A stretch of DNA of 64,000 bases from Acanthaster planci (taxonomy: Eukaryota): assembly GCF_001949145.1 (NCBI RefSeq), contig NW_019091356.1, positions 4,570,934-4,634,933 on the forward strand. Direction: 5' to 3'. Below, in pieces: positions 36,201 through 49,600 of the stretch (position 1 is the first letter of the stretch; every line of letters starts with the position of its first letter). A model generated the notes under the pieces. That model worked only from the letters and a program-made list of their open reading frames with translations. It searched no databases and was not told where the DNA came from. Made by a program: the position numbers and the translations under genes.

Positions 36201-39200
36201 AACCCCACGGAAATGCTGTTTTTTCTGTTGGAAGTATTGATTGAATGAGTCAGTGTGTAATTACAGTATCATTTATAGTTGTATTTCTTGTATTGAAATC
36301 AAATATTCCTCAAAAGTGCCCTAGACACTGAAGCTCGTAAGCCTGAAGGAACCTGTAGATAGGCAATGAGAAGCAGTCACAGTTTTAGAGGGGGGGGAAC
36401 CACAGAAGCATTTTCTGGTTAAAATCCAAGGAATCAGGTAGGGACCGAAACCCAAAGGCGAAGAAAGAAGCATTACGCCAACCTTACCTGATCCCCTGTA
36501 GTACACATGCTTCAAATAAAGCGCATCCTGGGCCATTTGAGTATGTACACACAAGGCCCTGTTAGTGCCATTGCATGCTCACATGCACTGAACGTGTTTG
36601 ATGAGCTGGCTTGACATCCGGTCCTTTGTTCACGATTGACGTGAACAAACTTAGCCATTGTTAGAATCATCTAAATTGGAATGAAGAATGTTTTTCATGC
36701 TGTCCTGAAAAATATAGGTACAGTATTCCAGTGTGAGAATATTCATATGTGCTACTGCGAAATGGGCATAGCTTCTTCCATCAAATAATTGCCAGAAACA
36801 AGGGCTCATACTCAAATAGGACAATGCCATGTTCCAAGAGACGTATCTCAATAAGAACAGCAGCATTTCAAGCTGAGAGCCATTTCCTTGAAGACAACTC
36901 CAAGGAGGTGCCATTCCTGCAGGGCCATCAAACTCACCGTTCTTAACTTGAGCATGGGTGTCACTTTAGCAAGTCACCCCGCTGTTCAGAGAGGAAGGTA
37001 ACGCCCATGCACCACCAGTCACCTGCGTGCACATAGGACGGTCCTGCAGTAATGGCTCCTAATTCTGGTTGCCGGATTTATTTATTTTTCCCAGCTCGGT
37101 GTTAGTAATTCAACAGTGACCAATTTTGGGCAGTGTTTTATTAACTGTGTAATATTTATGTTTGTATAGGACCCGCAGCGAGTGATTTTGGCTTCCACGA
37201 CTTTGGCAACTTTGGCGGCAACTTCCACTTCACATTCAGAAGTCCAGAAGATATCTTCAAAGAATTCTTTGGAACCAGTGATCCCTTTGCTGCTTTCTTT
37301 GAAGGTAGAATATTTTTTGATGAAGTTTCTTGAGTTGAGGAAGGAGTGGATTTCCTTCAGGATTGCTGTTGTGTTGATTATCCATTAACTTCTCATATGC
37401 AGATTTATTTAAAGTTTGTCGTCGTTTTTACAGATTCGAGGATGGGTTCATCACAGAGGGGGCACGGTAACCTGTTCCAGGATTCATTTGGGAGGTCCGG
37501 GTTCCCAGGTCACGGGTAAGTCTCATCACATATTTTACCAGATCATTGTGGGTGATTTTTCTCAAGCCTTCTTGACCATTCTAGCACACCAGCTTAACTA
37601 GATTTCATGACGTCATTCTGAAAGCATTCTGTTAGCAGTTCATATTTTTTGGTTACCATTAACAGGAGGTACATGTAAGGAAAGCTAACAAAATTGTTGA
37701 ACACACCTTACACCAGGTTTCCTGTCAAACACCCGTAATGATTGATGTGTATTGCATTTGAATGGTTTTCAACTGATTTCTAATTGTGTATAAAATCTGT
37801 TCAGCAATTTTCCATGTCACACTCCCGTACGCACCGTCGATATATCGAAATTATCGATATGGGTTTGATATCAATATATTGCCGATGTTAGTCACTTGGT
37901 AAAATTGATATATATCGAAAATAGCAGATTTGGGAAAAAAGTCAAAAATATTGAAACTTTGAAAACATCAATGTTGAGAAATATATTGAAAATATCGCTA
38001 CTGAGGAACAAACTTTATTGAAAAATATGAAAGTGCATTGAAAAATTACCGTAATTTTTGATAAGCCACGGCTTACGTTGGTTCTCACGCTGAGTGAAAA
38101 ATGTCCCTGTAGCTTATTCTCCGGGTGGTTTATACGGCGACATTTGAAGAATAAATTCAGTCACCTATCTCAGTCTCGCACTCGATAATTCGCGTAAACT
38201 TTAATGAAAATATCACAAAATTGGATCGCACCATTATGGTGTAGGGGTGTACCCTTAGAACACTTTACTAGCAATTCACGCTTGTTAGAATACCTTGAAA
38301 AATAAAATGAATATAATTCAATATATCGATAATGTTGATATAAAAATTCGATGTACAGGTATCGGCCATAATACGATATCGACTGTGCCTACACTCCCAT
38401 GACTTCCATCAGGCTTCATTTCTTATTTTAACCATTCCTAAACTGCTACTAGATCCTTGGTTTGTGCAAATTTGCTGAAAAACTTTATTGAAGCATACTG
38501 ATCATAATTCTACACCAGTTTTTTATTAACCTATACTGAACACTGCTCATTATACTCAACTGTTCTGCAGTTGTTGCCAACTGAAACCGTGTGCCAGCTT
38601 TGTTCACGGGTAAATTCTCACAGGGAGTGGAATATACAGCTCGGTCTGAGACGGAGCATTTTGACTCGTTTCTTCATCTGTTTCCCTTCCATCCTATCTC
38701 TCACAATCCCCCTTCAGTCCTCTTACTACCACCAGTATCTTCACTCCCTTCGGAGATCCTTGGAGTTTTTTCCAACCTCGTGGGTAAGAAAAGAGAAAAA
38801 TAGTGCTCACAGAATCCTGTGATCTCCTTGTGCTAAAGCGTTGTGCTCATGAATAGACATGAGTGTTTTAAGCCTGTTTTGGCTCTGAGCAACATCCATT
38901 GGTAGCACTGTGCTGCGTAATCTTGGAAAGCTGGCGAGGGCGCTTGATGTGTGTATTAACTCTTAAAAGTCAGGCCTGCTCACAAGCAGGGGCAAACAAA
39001 AATCAGTTTCTGATTTTGTTCATCACATTTCTGGAGACACAGCTTTCTGCCTAGAGAGAATGCATCCATTCTGTGTGCTGCTTCATGATTGTGTAGGAGA
39101 GCATTGGGTCAAGAGTTAGCTTGGCTCACAGCAGGAAGATGACGTCATCAGAGTACACGTGCACCTGTAGTAGTCCAACCTTCAAAGATCAAGAGAGCCC

Positions 39201-40962
39201 TCTGTTGGTTCTTTTGTTTATTATGGTCTTCTGCAACTTGCATTTAGATGTTCATTTTCCCAAAAAGCTATTGCCTTGCTGTTGTCATGAGGGGCAAACA
39301 GTGAAGACCATTACCAGATGAACCCAAACGTACAACTTGGATACAAAGATCACAATTTTATTTGTGGAATTTGATGTCAACGGAGGACTCAAATTTAATG
39401 CACATTAAGAACAGGGTTCCTGCAGCCTGAAAAAGTCATGGCAAGTCATGGAAATTTATTTTCCAGGCCTGGAAAAGTCATGGAATTTTTTAAAATGACT
39501 AAAGTCATGGAAAAGTCATAAAACACTGATTTCTATCATCAGAAATAAGCGCATAAATCTGTCATTGTATTTGCAACCTAAAAGGCCGAATAGTCCAAGA
39601 AATTGGGTTATTTGGTTGTGGATTTTCATAATTTGGTCATGGAAAAGTCTTGGAAAAGTCATGGAAAAGTCATGGAATTGAATTGTCCTTTAGGTGCAGG
39701 AACCCTGAAGAAGGAACATGTATGCATTAGAGACAGCTGTACACTAAGCATGTAGTGTTTCATTCTCATGTGCTAACATACTGTACTGCCTGTGATACTA
39801 ATGCACTTACAAAGAACTAATAACATTTCACATGTAATACACCTCTTGTTGTCTGAATGTAAGTTAGATAGTAGACACATTTCAGTAGAAAAGAATAAGT
39901 TTGCCTTCTGTGTAAATTCGGTTTAAAAGACCATGAAGTTGACTACCAACTAATTTTCAAAAAGATTGCTGAGTCTATTTGGTTAGCCCTTGTTAAATGA
40001 CCAATGCTGTTGAACATGTTCTTGTAGTGCCAGAGATGCAAATTAACCAAAACTTGATTTATTGCAGAGTCATCTTGATGTACCATTAGCCACCACCCCA
40101 CCCCCCTTACAAAAAAACACCCCCTTAAAAAAACCAGGTTCCACATGTAGTTTTTTATTTAGTTGATTGTAGCCCAAATGTGACAACTAATAGTTTCAAT
40201 TTGCCTGTTGCCCCCTCCGTTTGAAACCTGGCTCCTCCCCCCTTGTTGATGTACCTTGTTCTCCGTGATCTGTCGTCAATGCTTGGATTTTGTCGTCAAT
40301 GCATGGATTTTGTCGTCAATGCATGGATTTTGTCGTCAATGCTTGGATTTTGTCATCAATGCTTGGATTTTGACATGTCTGCCTGCATGATGGCTGTCTG
40401 TGCAGTGCTCATAGTTCATTCTTCTCTTCGAGTTTCGACAACGGTTTTGGTGATTTTGGGCCAGGGTAAGTACACCACTAAAAGGCCTTTTGTTTTTTGA
40501 GACAAGAAGATTCAAGTCAATTATTGAGTGTAAAGTCACCTTGTACAATTTCTGGCAAAACCCAAAATTGTAAAACAATGACAGAGGGACTGTTCCATCC
40601 CATCCTTTAACTGATGCAAACTGCTCGATTTTATCTACAGGTTCACATCATTTTCGTCGTCATCTTCATTTGGCAGCAGTCCAGGAAATATGCGGAGTGT
40701 GTCGACATCAACAAAAATGATTAACGGAAAAAAGATCAAAACGACAAAGTAAGTTGATCTGGTAGTTCACTCCATTCCTCTCAAAGCTTAGCTTGCCTTG
40801 TTTTGAGATGATGAAAGCATAGTTTTGCAGATAATGACTTCTAGCCATCTTTTTTGTGGTAGAATTATCGAAAATGGGCAAGAGACAGTCATCAATGAAG
40901 AGGATGGAAAGATCACATCAAAGACAATCAACGGTGAACTTCAGCCAATGTTAGCCAACTAA
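33288..40962 (+). CDS. DNAJB6: DnaJ homolog subfamily B member 6-like (Hsp40), about 259 aa
   Basis: Exons 33288-33352, 35530-35639, 36018-36071, 37170-37304, 37434-37515, 38718-38783 (possibly cassette), 40406-40465, 40641-40748, 40863-40962. J domain with WHPDKNP, G/F region [17 protein letters not shown]-rich C-terminus [24 protein letters not shown] long 3'UTR probably runs to AATAAA at about 42609. Confidence 0.93.
35266..35365. repeat. Perfect 25-bp tandem repeat x4
   Basis: TTCAGGACTGTTTAACCACCTTGAA repeated four times without mismatch. Confidence 0.95.
37827..38392. mobile_element. Non-autonomous DNA transposon with 6-bp TSD
   Basis: TIRs GTACGCACCGTCGATAT / ATATCGACTGTGCCTAC, TSD ACTCCC on both sides, subterminal CGATAT repeats. 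Confidence 0.75.
39412..39707. mobile_element. Non-autonomous DNA transposon with 5-bp TSD (hAT5-like)
   Basis: 13-bp perfect TIR CAGGGTTCCTGCA / TGCAGGAACCCTG, TSD AAGAA on both sides, internal GGAAAAGTCATGG repeats. Confidence 0.8.
40271..40370. repeat. 20-bp tandem repeat x5
   Basis: TGTCGTCAATGCWTGGATTT, five near-identical copies. Confidence 0.95.
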
Positions 40963-43693
40963 AGCAGCCCCCTTGGTTTTGTCCAATGCTTTGTCACTGG
41001 AATCGAAGCTTACATGCTACCTTTGAACTAGCTACTTTCTGGATCGATTGTGATCTGTTGAAAGTTGTCTTTTACAGAGTCAAGTATACAATCTGCACTG
41101 TGTGCACGGTTCGGCGGATTTTGAATGTTACTGGAGTGAACAGTCTCGTGGTCAACCAGTGATCCTGCCTTTGAAGAAGTCCAGCCCTTCATCCGCTTGT
41201 CCTATTTCATATTCTTTGTCTCATTAGATTTTCAAAGGGCAGTGATTTGTGGGTCATAAACCCTGTAGAATTTTGAAGCAATAGCTTGACAACTTCAGCT
41301 ACACCGTCGCATTGAGTTCTACATTTAATAGGAATGGTCTAATCGAACATTCATCATCCCTGAAAGACTGGAAGTCTTGCGTTATAGCCGTTTGAACACT
41401 GAACCTGCATTTAACACTTTTTCTACCAGTTTTTATATAGAGTTCTCCGAGAGCAAACTAAAGGTTTCAAGTCGTGTACAGAGTATTCGTGCCTGTTTTT
41501 GTAACCAGTGGACAGCAACAAATTTGTACGTATTGGCTGACCGTACTTTGCTCCTGAAAGGCGGAAGTTACCGGAAAAGGATGGGAATAGCAAAAATATT
41601 AACTTGTCTGTAAGAAATTTAAGTGGACGTTAAGAAATGCACAGGCGCATGAGAATAAACGAGTAGGTTTTAGGGGTTTTATTTTCAAGTGAAGTCAAAC
41701 TGAAGTTCAGTTGAGGGATTATGACAATTATCCTCTCGAATGTTATTTTCTTTCGTGTTTATTTCTTCTGATGTTCAGCCTTTAGTAGAAAAAGATCAAT
41801 TGTATAAATTATTTGAAATCATTTCAGACTAAGTTTGTGACTTCGTATACTAATTTGCATGCTCCTAAACAGTTTGAATCAACAAGGAACAAAAGATGTA
41901 GGACATTTTCTCGAAATGTTCATCTCAGTTTTACACTGATGTAAACACATGAGGCTTTGTCATGTACTGCCATGTATTACATTGTATATAAACCCTTTAT
42001 GACCATTGTGTGGTTTCTTGAGATAAAATACCACCCCCATGTTTTGCCAGCACACAAGAGGCAACCGAACCTTAAAACATTACCTTTATTTATTTGAGCG
42101 TGAAATTTCAGTTGTATGAATAACCGATGAAGTTACAATGAGGCATATAGTTGGACTCAAGAGATCGATCATCGGTAATGATTTTATGTTGGCCTTCAGT
42201 TCATTTCTGTCAGTCTCCGATTAGTTTATAAATCATCATTGAACTCGAGTAATGAACGTGTGCAAGCTACGTGACTTCGTGCTTTTCCCAAAATGATGTT
42301 GCCCCGTTGACATCAAATAGGATAATAATACACACTTTTGCATCATTTAGTTTGTGGAATGAATCTAGACTGGAAAGATGATCAATTTCATGTCCTCATT
42401 GTTGTCGTATTGACAAGGAACAGTTTGAATAGATTATTGAAACTAATTTGCTGTATTTATGACGCTCTGGCCTAGATCGCATATGTTGTTTGAACATTTT
42501 AAAGATTACCTTTATTTATTTATGTAAATATTTTTTCCTGCACTTCTTATAATAGAGTTGAGCGTGCGTAATATGCAGGTTCGCTTACTCGTGTGCGGAT
42601 AAAGAAACAATAAAACGCGACTAAATGATGTATTTCAGTTCCCAGTTGTTTTGTATTTTTGAACTACAAATTAATTTCGGAGGAGAACTATATATCGAGA
42701 ATATAAAGGTTGGAATGAACTTCTTTTCCTATTCTGTTTGCCTCTTGAATAAACCATCCTAAATCTCGTTCCGGCGTACCAATATAAATTGTAATGAGAT
42801 ACATTTACATAAATATAAAAGTTACCTTCTCATCACGTGAAGCGCGAACGTGAACTAACTTTGATAATAATGTGTTAGCAGAAAAGACAATGCACACCAA
42901 GGTTTGTGGTTTTTCACTTCACTATGTGAGAAGAAATACCAAGAGGGTTATTGGAGCTATATTAAGACATTTATCTGCCTACTGCACCGAAGGGGACCCG
43001 ATAACTACGAATTAAGATTAAATTAATCCCTCGCTCAAACAGTCTCTGAGCTCCTCAGAGGCAAAGTACATAATTGTGATTTGTTTTTTGCAAGTCCGCT
43101 TCATCCAGTGCAACAAAGGATTTTATAGTTAGCTGCAAGGAATGATAGAGTTGAAACAGCAATTGGAAGTTGTTCGCTGCTGCGTCGAAACGTTGAGCGG
43201 GCTTGATGTACTGTTCGTGGACCCGAATGTTCTGTAGTTATCCATGTGTCTGAAGTTTGAAACTGGATTGTGACTGGAAATAGTACTTAATGCAATACTT
43301 ATACCTTGTAAATCATATGGCTGTAGCACACTAAGAATTTACCAAATGCAAACTAGTTGCGCCGAACGCAGCCGCCATTTTGATCCCGTTTCAAAGATTA
43401 ACGCTATCCCATAAGCTGCATCTGGTTTGCTTTTTCAAGGGAACGAGGATCCAGTCTTTGCCGTCTTGAACATCGAAGCTTTTGATTTGACCGGCTTTAG
43501 GAAATGCTAATGAGTTTTACCGACTGATTCTTGTTCTTTAATGACGGTTGCAGTTGTCCAGACTGACTTTGAATATCAGGCCCTTTGAACGTGGATTTGT
43601 ATGGAAGATTCGTGTGAATTTTAAACTTATTTTGAAATTTGGTAAAAAAGGTGATCACCTTTGAAGACTCTGTGTCACTTTGTTCCGGCGAAG

Positions 43694-46600
43694 ATGTCTA
43701 GATTCATTCAAATAACGTTCCTTTATGGACTGCTTGCTTGTAACTCGGTACTGTCGCTCGCCATCCTCAATACAACCATCGCTTCACCAACAAGTTTTGA
43801 ATCAACACTACCAGCCGATAACTCGACTAACAGCCTCGTTCCTGCCATCGATCAAATGATGAGCGATCTCGAGGACATCTTAAGCGGCTTGAATATCACC
43901 ATCCCGCTGCCCTTGAATGTGAGTGGGGAGTGCGATCTGCCGACTATTGCACCACCTGAGGAAATAGAGAGAGTGCGCTCTGAGAATGAGGGCTTGCCCA
44001 TCGAATGTAGAAAGGGTAAGTGCTCCACTCTTCCCTTTTGTATTTTTCATTGCTCTGGAATAAGTATTCAGGGGATGACATAATGGTCAATGGTGTCAGC
44101 GGTGGGATACAGATGCTGTAGCGGCAATTTACGCACTGGAGGGGGAAGATTACGTTGTCGTAATTGGTTCATTTAGTATTTCAGGACGAAGGGGGAAAAT
44201 GATTTCAAACCTCTTAAATAAGTTCAGTTCTCCAAATCACCTGAGTTGACCTTAATATTTTTCAACCAAGAGAAGTTAAATCTCAAGTCAGGGGAAGGGG
44301 TCTTGCGCTGTGTTTGTTCAATGAAGGTTAGCATGATTATCTCGTTTGAGGACAAGATGCTACGCCTCAGACGCAGTAGCCACGAGTTCTAGTTTTATTT
44401 TTTCATGCCAACCTATTATTTTCCAATACCGGCAAGGAAGAAATGGGGTGCAAACAAAGATTTCAACCTACTTTGCTTAAAATAGTAGTGTACATACACA
44501 TGTAGTAAACCTTAAATTAGTCATTATTTTGCTGACACAGAAATAGCAAGTAATGTATAAGTTGAGTAATATGGCCATGCATCTACGAGAGTAATACGAG
44601 TACATTATTTTAAGTCCTGCATGTACTATTGTTTTACATCAAAGCTGCATTAGACTGCCCTACTTTTTATCATCACTACAAAAACAGGCCTACAATCGTT
44701 CATTATTATCTAAACACTGGATTTAACCAAAACATTTCTCATTTATCTTTACCAAAATGCGTTTTATTACATGGTACATCTTGATTTATGTCGTATTGTA
44801 TCTCGGTCAATCGTAAGTCGGTGCATGTCCATAAAAAACAATCCAGTATACGTCGCAAGTCGAGTCATAAATTATTCAGATGAACTTGGACAAAAGTATT
44901 CTGATTACACAGTTCACCGTATCAGGCCCATTTGTGTGACTAGTCTTAAGAACAAAGTGTAATGCAAGTTTATTTAGATTACAATTTACAAAATACATGA
45001 ATTCTTCAAACTGCGGTTCATGCGAATTGAAATGCCAACACATTAATTGCGGTTTATCAACAAGTAACGCTTACGAATAGCAAAGATCATACGGTTAATA
45101 CAACTATGCACACAAAAGTTTTCAAAATTCAATGGCAGATCTAACTGTTAATAATGATGTGGCCCACCATTTTACAACCAGATTGAAAATTTATTACCTG
45201 TTAAATGGAAAGTACTTGGTCTAATGCACACATACAAACCATACCTTCTACAACTTTCATTGCCCGTTAATACCAAAGCTTTCTGCCAGGAAAATATCGT
45301 TTAGTTTGGATCACTTGATATAAAAATTAACATGGGGAGAGGAATCGTCCAAACACCAAAATGACCTGCTTCAGCCTGGTTTTGGAATGGTATGCTTACG
45401 AAAATAAAAGATCATTCAGGTAAATTGACATCAGTGCATGTGCTTTTCCTGTCCCCTTCGTGTTACACGCCTCGTCTTCATGCACACTTGAAAATTATTT
45501 TGATTCACTTTAACCCAGGAAGTGTGAAAACTGCATCTACCCATAAATAGGTTGAAATAATAAATTTATGATTTATATGTCACTTACAAAATGGATCCAA
45601 TTGTTAACGATAGTTGTGTTATTTATTAGTCCATACGCCCTCTACCCATACTCTGCCAACTTGTATCGGTCATTCCCAATCGTGGTATGCTTACATACTT
45701 CTGAGCCTCGTTGCCAGTCTTGCACGTGAGTGACTTGTCGACAATGGATTTTCGTCGATGAACTTTTTTAGGCTCTCTTCTGTTTGACCAATTGCATTAT
45801 GAACTGCTCGTTTGCATTTGTAGTAAGCTTCGTCAATGCTGCTATGGAAGTGTGTGGAAGGCCTATGATTAAAATCGGTGCATTTATTGCAGATAAGAAC
45901 ATCGCATGACTTGCAGAACAGGCAGAGTTCATGATCCGGGTGTTCCTTACACTTGGGTACACGATCTTCAAGCTTACCGTCAGGCCCTAACTCTGCCAAA
46001 GTCGCAACTTTGTCATTCTGTAAAGATGCGAGTCTGTTATGTGCTTTTTCACATTCCTGACAAAGATAATGCTCACAATCCATACATCGAGAAATGGCCT
46101 CATTCTCCTCATCACAGGCCTGGCAAATAATCTTCTGATTAAAACTCTGATCTTCATCTTGGGTTTCCGTTGTAGTCACAACCTTTTGGGAGCAAGGTAG
46201 TCTGTCAACCCCTCCTCCGGGCAGAAGGGTTTCTTCTCGACACAAAGGGCAAGCAATGTTTTCACCGTACTCACCTTGTGCCTGTTTGAGTTCTTGGAGA
46301 CATTTCAGGCAGAAGTTGTGAGAGCAGTTCAGTTGCCGAGGGTCTTTAAATCCAGAGAGGCAGATGGAGCATTCATTGATTTTCTTCGGATCCTCCTCCA
46401 GCATGTCCAGTGGTGTCTCCGATACTCCACCCTCTGCCATTGTGTAATCAGGTGGTGTGTTCCGTCAGGGCAAATAGGGAGGAACACTGGCATAGAAAGT
46501 GAAAGTAAAATTAAGCTGAAATAATTGAATAAAATGGCTTACAGTGGTAACACCCATGCCTTGGTCATTGCATTGATTCAGTTACATAAGTTAACCTGGA

Positions 46601-49600
46601 TTGTCGTATGATATAGCCTATTTTGATTCAGATTCGGAACGAAAATACGAAAATCCCCGAATTAATTGCACTCACCCAAGGCAGACGGCTGAAAATATTT
46701 CTCTAAGGACTAAAACTCTAGGTGAAACTACAGCTATCTGTTACGACATGCTCGAATTCCTGATCACCTCGTTGACAAAAAAGATTGTGACACACACCGC
46801 GGATGTGGTCACGCCAGCGTATACAGTGCAATATCACAATACATGCAAAATACATGAACATACTTCATGCATTATATAGAGAAAGATGGCGGAAATTCCA
46901 TGAAAGGTAACTTTGACCTGTGTACACGTGATCATGGCCCGGCATGATATATTATCTTGAAATATGAGTGACGTATAAGTTGGCAATTAGACTGGAATCT
47001 CGTCCTGTAAACCCTTCAAACACAGTTTTATTGTTTTTAGCTGTTACTGATCTTAAATGCGTCTTTTTTTTGCAGATATTTGTTTCCAGTCCACCTCAAC
47101 TGATCTCAAGGGTAATTTTACCTGGGGAGATACTGTAGCTGGTGACTATGCTTTCTCGTACTGTCCAAACGGCCTCCGTAGACCCTACAACACCAGCGGT
47201 GATCGTCCGCTAGCTTTCCGGGCTTGCAACCCGCCAGCAACTTGCTGGCATTTCTTACCGAAGCCGCGTTTTCCCTGCAGTGAGCATTCGTACTGGGGAG
47301 ACGCCAACACAACATTTTGCAGATGGAATTCAGACATCACCAATGAATTGGAAGATATTCTGTATGATTTGATCGAGCTACTCAAGAAAATGGTACAAGC
47401 CTTCTTTTGAACCTAAACTTCAACCCAACCCTACCTAATCCCACCCAGCCCACAGCCCAAGTCCATTCAGCACAACCAACCGAGCTCCGAGCTCAGTTTA
47501 GCGCAACTCAACCCAACTCCACCCATTCCCTAAACCCAACCCAACCCAGCTCAACTCACCTCAACTCGATCAAACAAATTCAACCTAATCTGCCCCATCC
47601 CGCTAATATGTCCCGAGAGTTCAGAAATCTTTTAAAAAAAATTGGCCAATTCTATTTGAGGTTACAACCCACCCATCCTTACGGATGTCAATTTTTTTAA
47701 ACTCAATGTTCACCTAAACACTAAGCTCATAATTAATGCACAATGGCCTTCTGTAATCCAACAGGTCGATGAAAAAGAGGCTACTAACGTGACATCAGTT
47801 ATTACCATCCTCCACAAAACCAACAGCATTCTCTCACTCACTGACCAACTGACTGTTGAAGACGTAACCCTGACAGCATCCATCATGGACCTATGCGTCA
47901 CTTCTGGGGTAGATGACGTATTTCCGCTGCGCAGTGACGTAGGGTATGAGCTGGTTGCCATGGCTGACAACATTCTGAATATTGAGATGGGGATGCTGGA
48001 GACAGTACACAGTGCATGCACAAGGTTGGTGCTTGTAGGGAATCGAACCTACCAGCATTCGAGAGAGTGATTTGGCTCAAATCATCTTAATGAAAGGTCT
48101 TCACTTTTCCTTTGATGTCGTCATTGTAGCTATGATGTATTCAATTAACATCAGCGATGTAAAGAAAAAGAAGAAATAGGTTTGTGTGCGATCTTACATT
48201 TCAAGATTTGGAAGCCTACTGTAACGGCAGTTGTTTCTAAAGCAAGGTTAATTCACCAAGCCATACCACGATATTCAAAATTATACAGAGAACTTAACAC
48301 ATTTCTCTTGGCAAGGGTCCCCCAGTTTTATCCCAGTATCATGTAACTAAGAGGCACCAACGAGAAATGTAGGTCTGATTTAAGCACTTTCGTTTCACCC
48401 TGCACAGTATTGCAAAAAGTCTACAGACTTATGCAGCCAACGTCAAGCTACCGGTCATCAGCCGCTTCGTCAAGCATTCCTTCAGTAACATCGTGTTGGA
48501 GATCAACGAACCATCCCGTGACCTCTTCACTTTACCAATAGAATTCAATTTCTTCAAACCCGAGTCACAGGCTGAGACGGTAGCCACAATCAGGTTTCCG
48601 TACTTTCTCCTAAATGGTGAGAAATAAATCTGCTCTTGAATATGTGAAAAGTTAGGATTTACCCGACAAGTTATACAATAACTCAGAAACCTATGGCTCG
48701 CTAATTGTTCACAGAGCCTTGGTAGATGTGAACTTCATCCCAGTAAAGTTGAGTCCTTGTATTTCCAGTTTTGGCTGTGTTCCTTCAGGTGGGTACCGTT
48801 ATAAATCATTGGTACGTACTTTCTCTTTACATTTGGCCATCAAAACACTTTGAAATTTGTTTTAATTTTTTGCCCTTTTCTTCTGACCTCTTTCAGGATT
48901 TTTTCGAGATGCAGACCCAGTCAGCAACGAGACTGGCCCGGTGAAGCTACAAAGCGTTCCCGTCCCTGTGGTTCGGACAACTGCCACGGTCTACTACAAC
49001 ACCAAGTTCTTCACTGGTGATCTTTCCATTGAACTCCCTCTGGAAGATACCGTTTTACTCTATGCCAAGGTCTACAGTGATGGGGAGGAAGTGAAACAGC
49101 TGGAAGAACCGTTCTCGGTGACGTTTTACCACCCAGCGTCGGAAAACAAGGTAGGATCCAAGTCAAAGTCCAATGATTCCACTTTTGCATGTGTATGAAT
49201 TGCATATTAAAATTCATATTTCCTGTACCGTCCATTTGGTGGATAACGTGTGTTTTTATGTTGTTCTTTGTGTGTAGTCCGTGTCATCCGATGTCCAGTG
49301 TGGAGCAGCTCGCCTCTCTCGGGACGAATCACAGAGATGGGGTCTCCTGGACAGAATCAACAAAGGTCCTTGTCGACAAACATAATCCTTGGTTTAACCC
49401 TACATCGGGTGAAATTTGTGAGGGAAGGAAAAGCGGCCTTCAAACCAAAGAGTTCCTGTTTGACAAGAGTAGTTCTGCGTGAATGCCTGCTTATCTTATC
49501 GGTATTCCAACAACGCATGCCCAATAAAACGAAGCGCAAGCGCGTCCGAGGTTATTCGGACGCGCGTGTGAGGTGCGCCCAATCAGCGCGGCCCTTTGCG

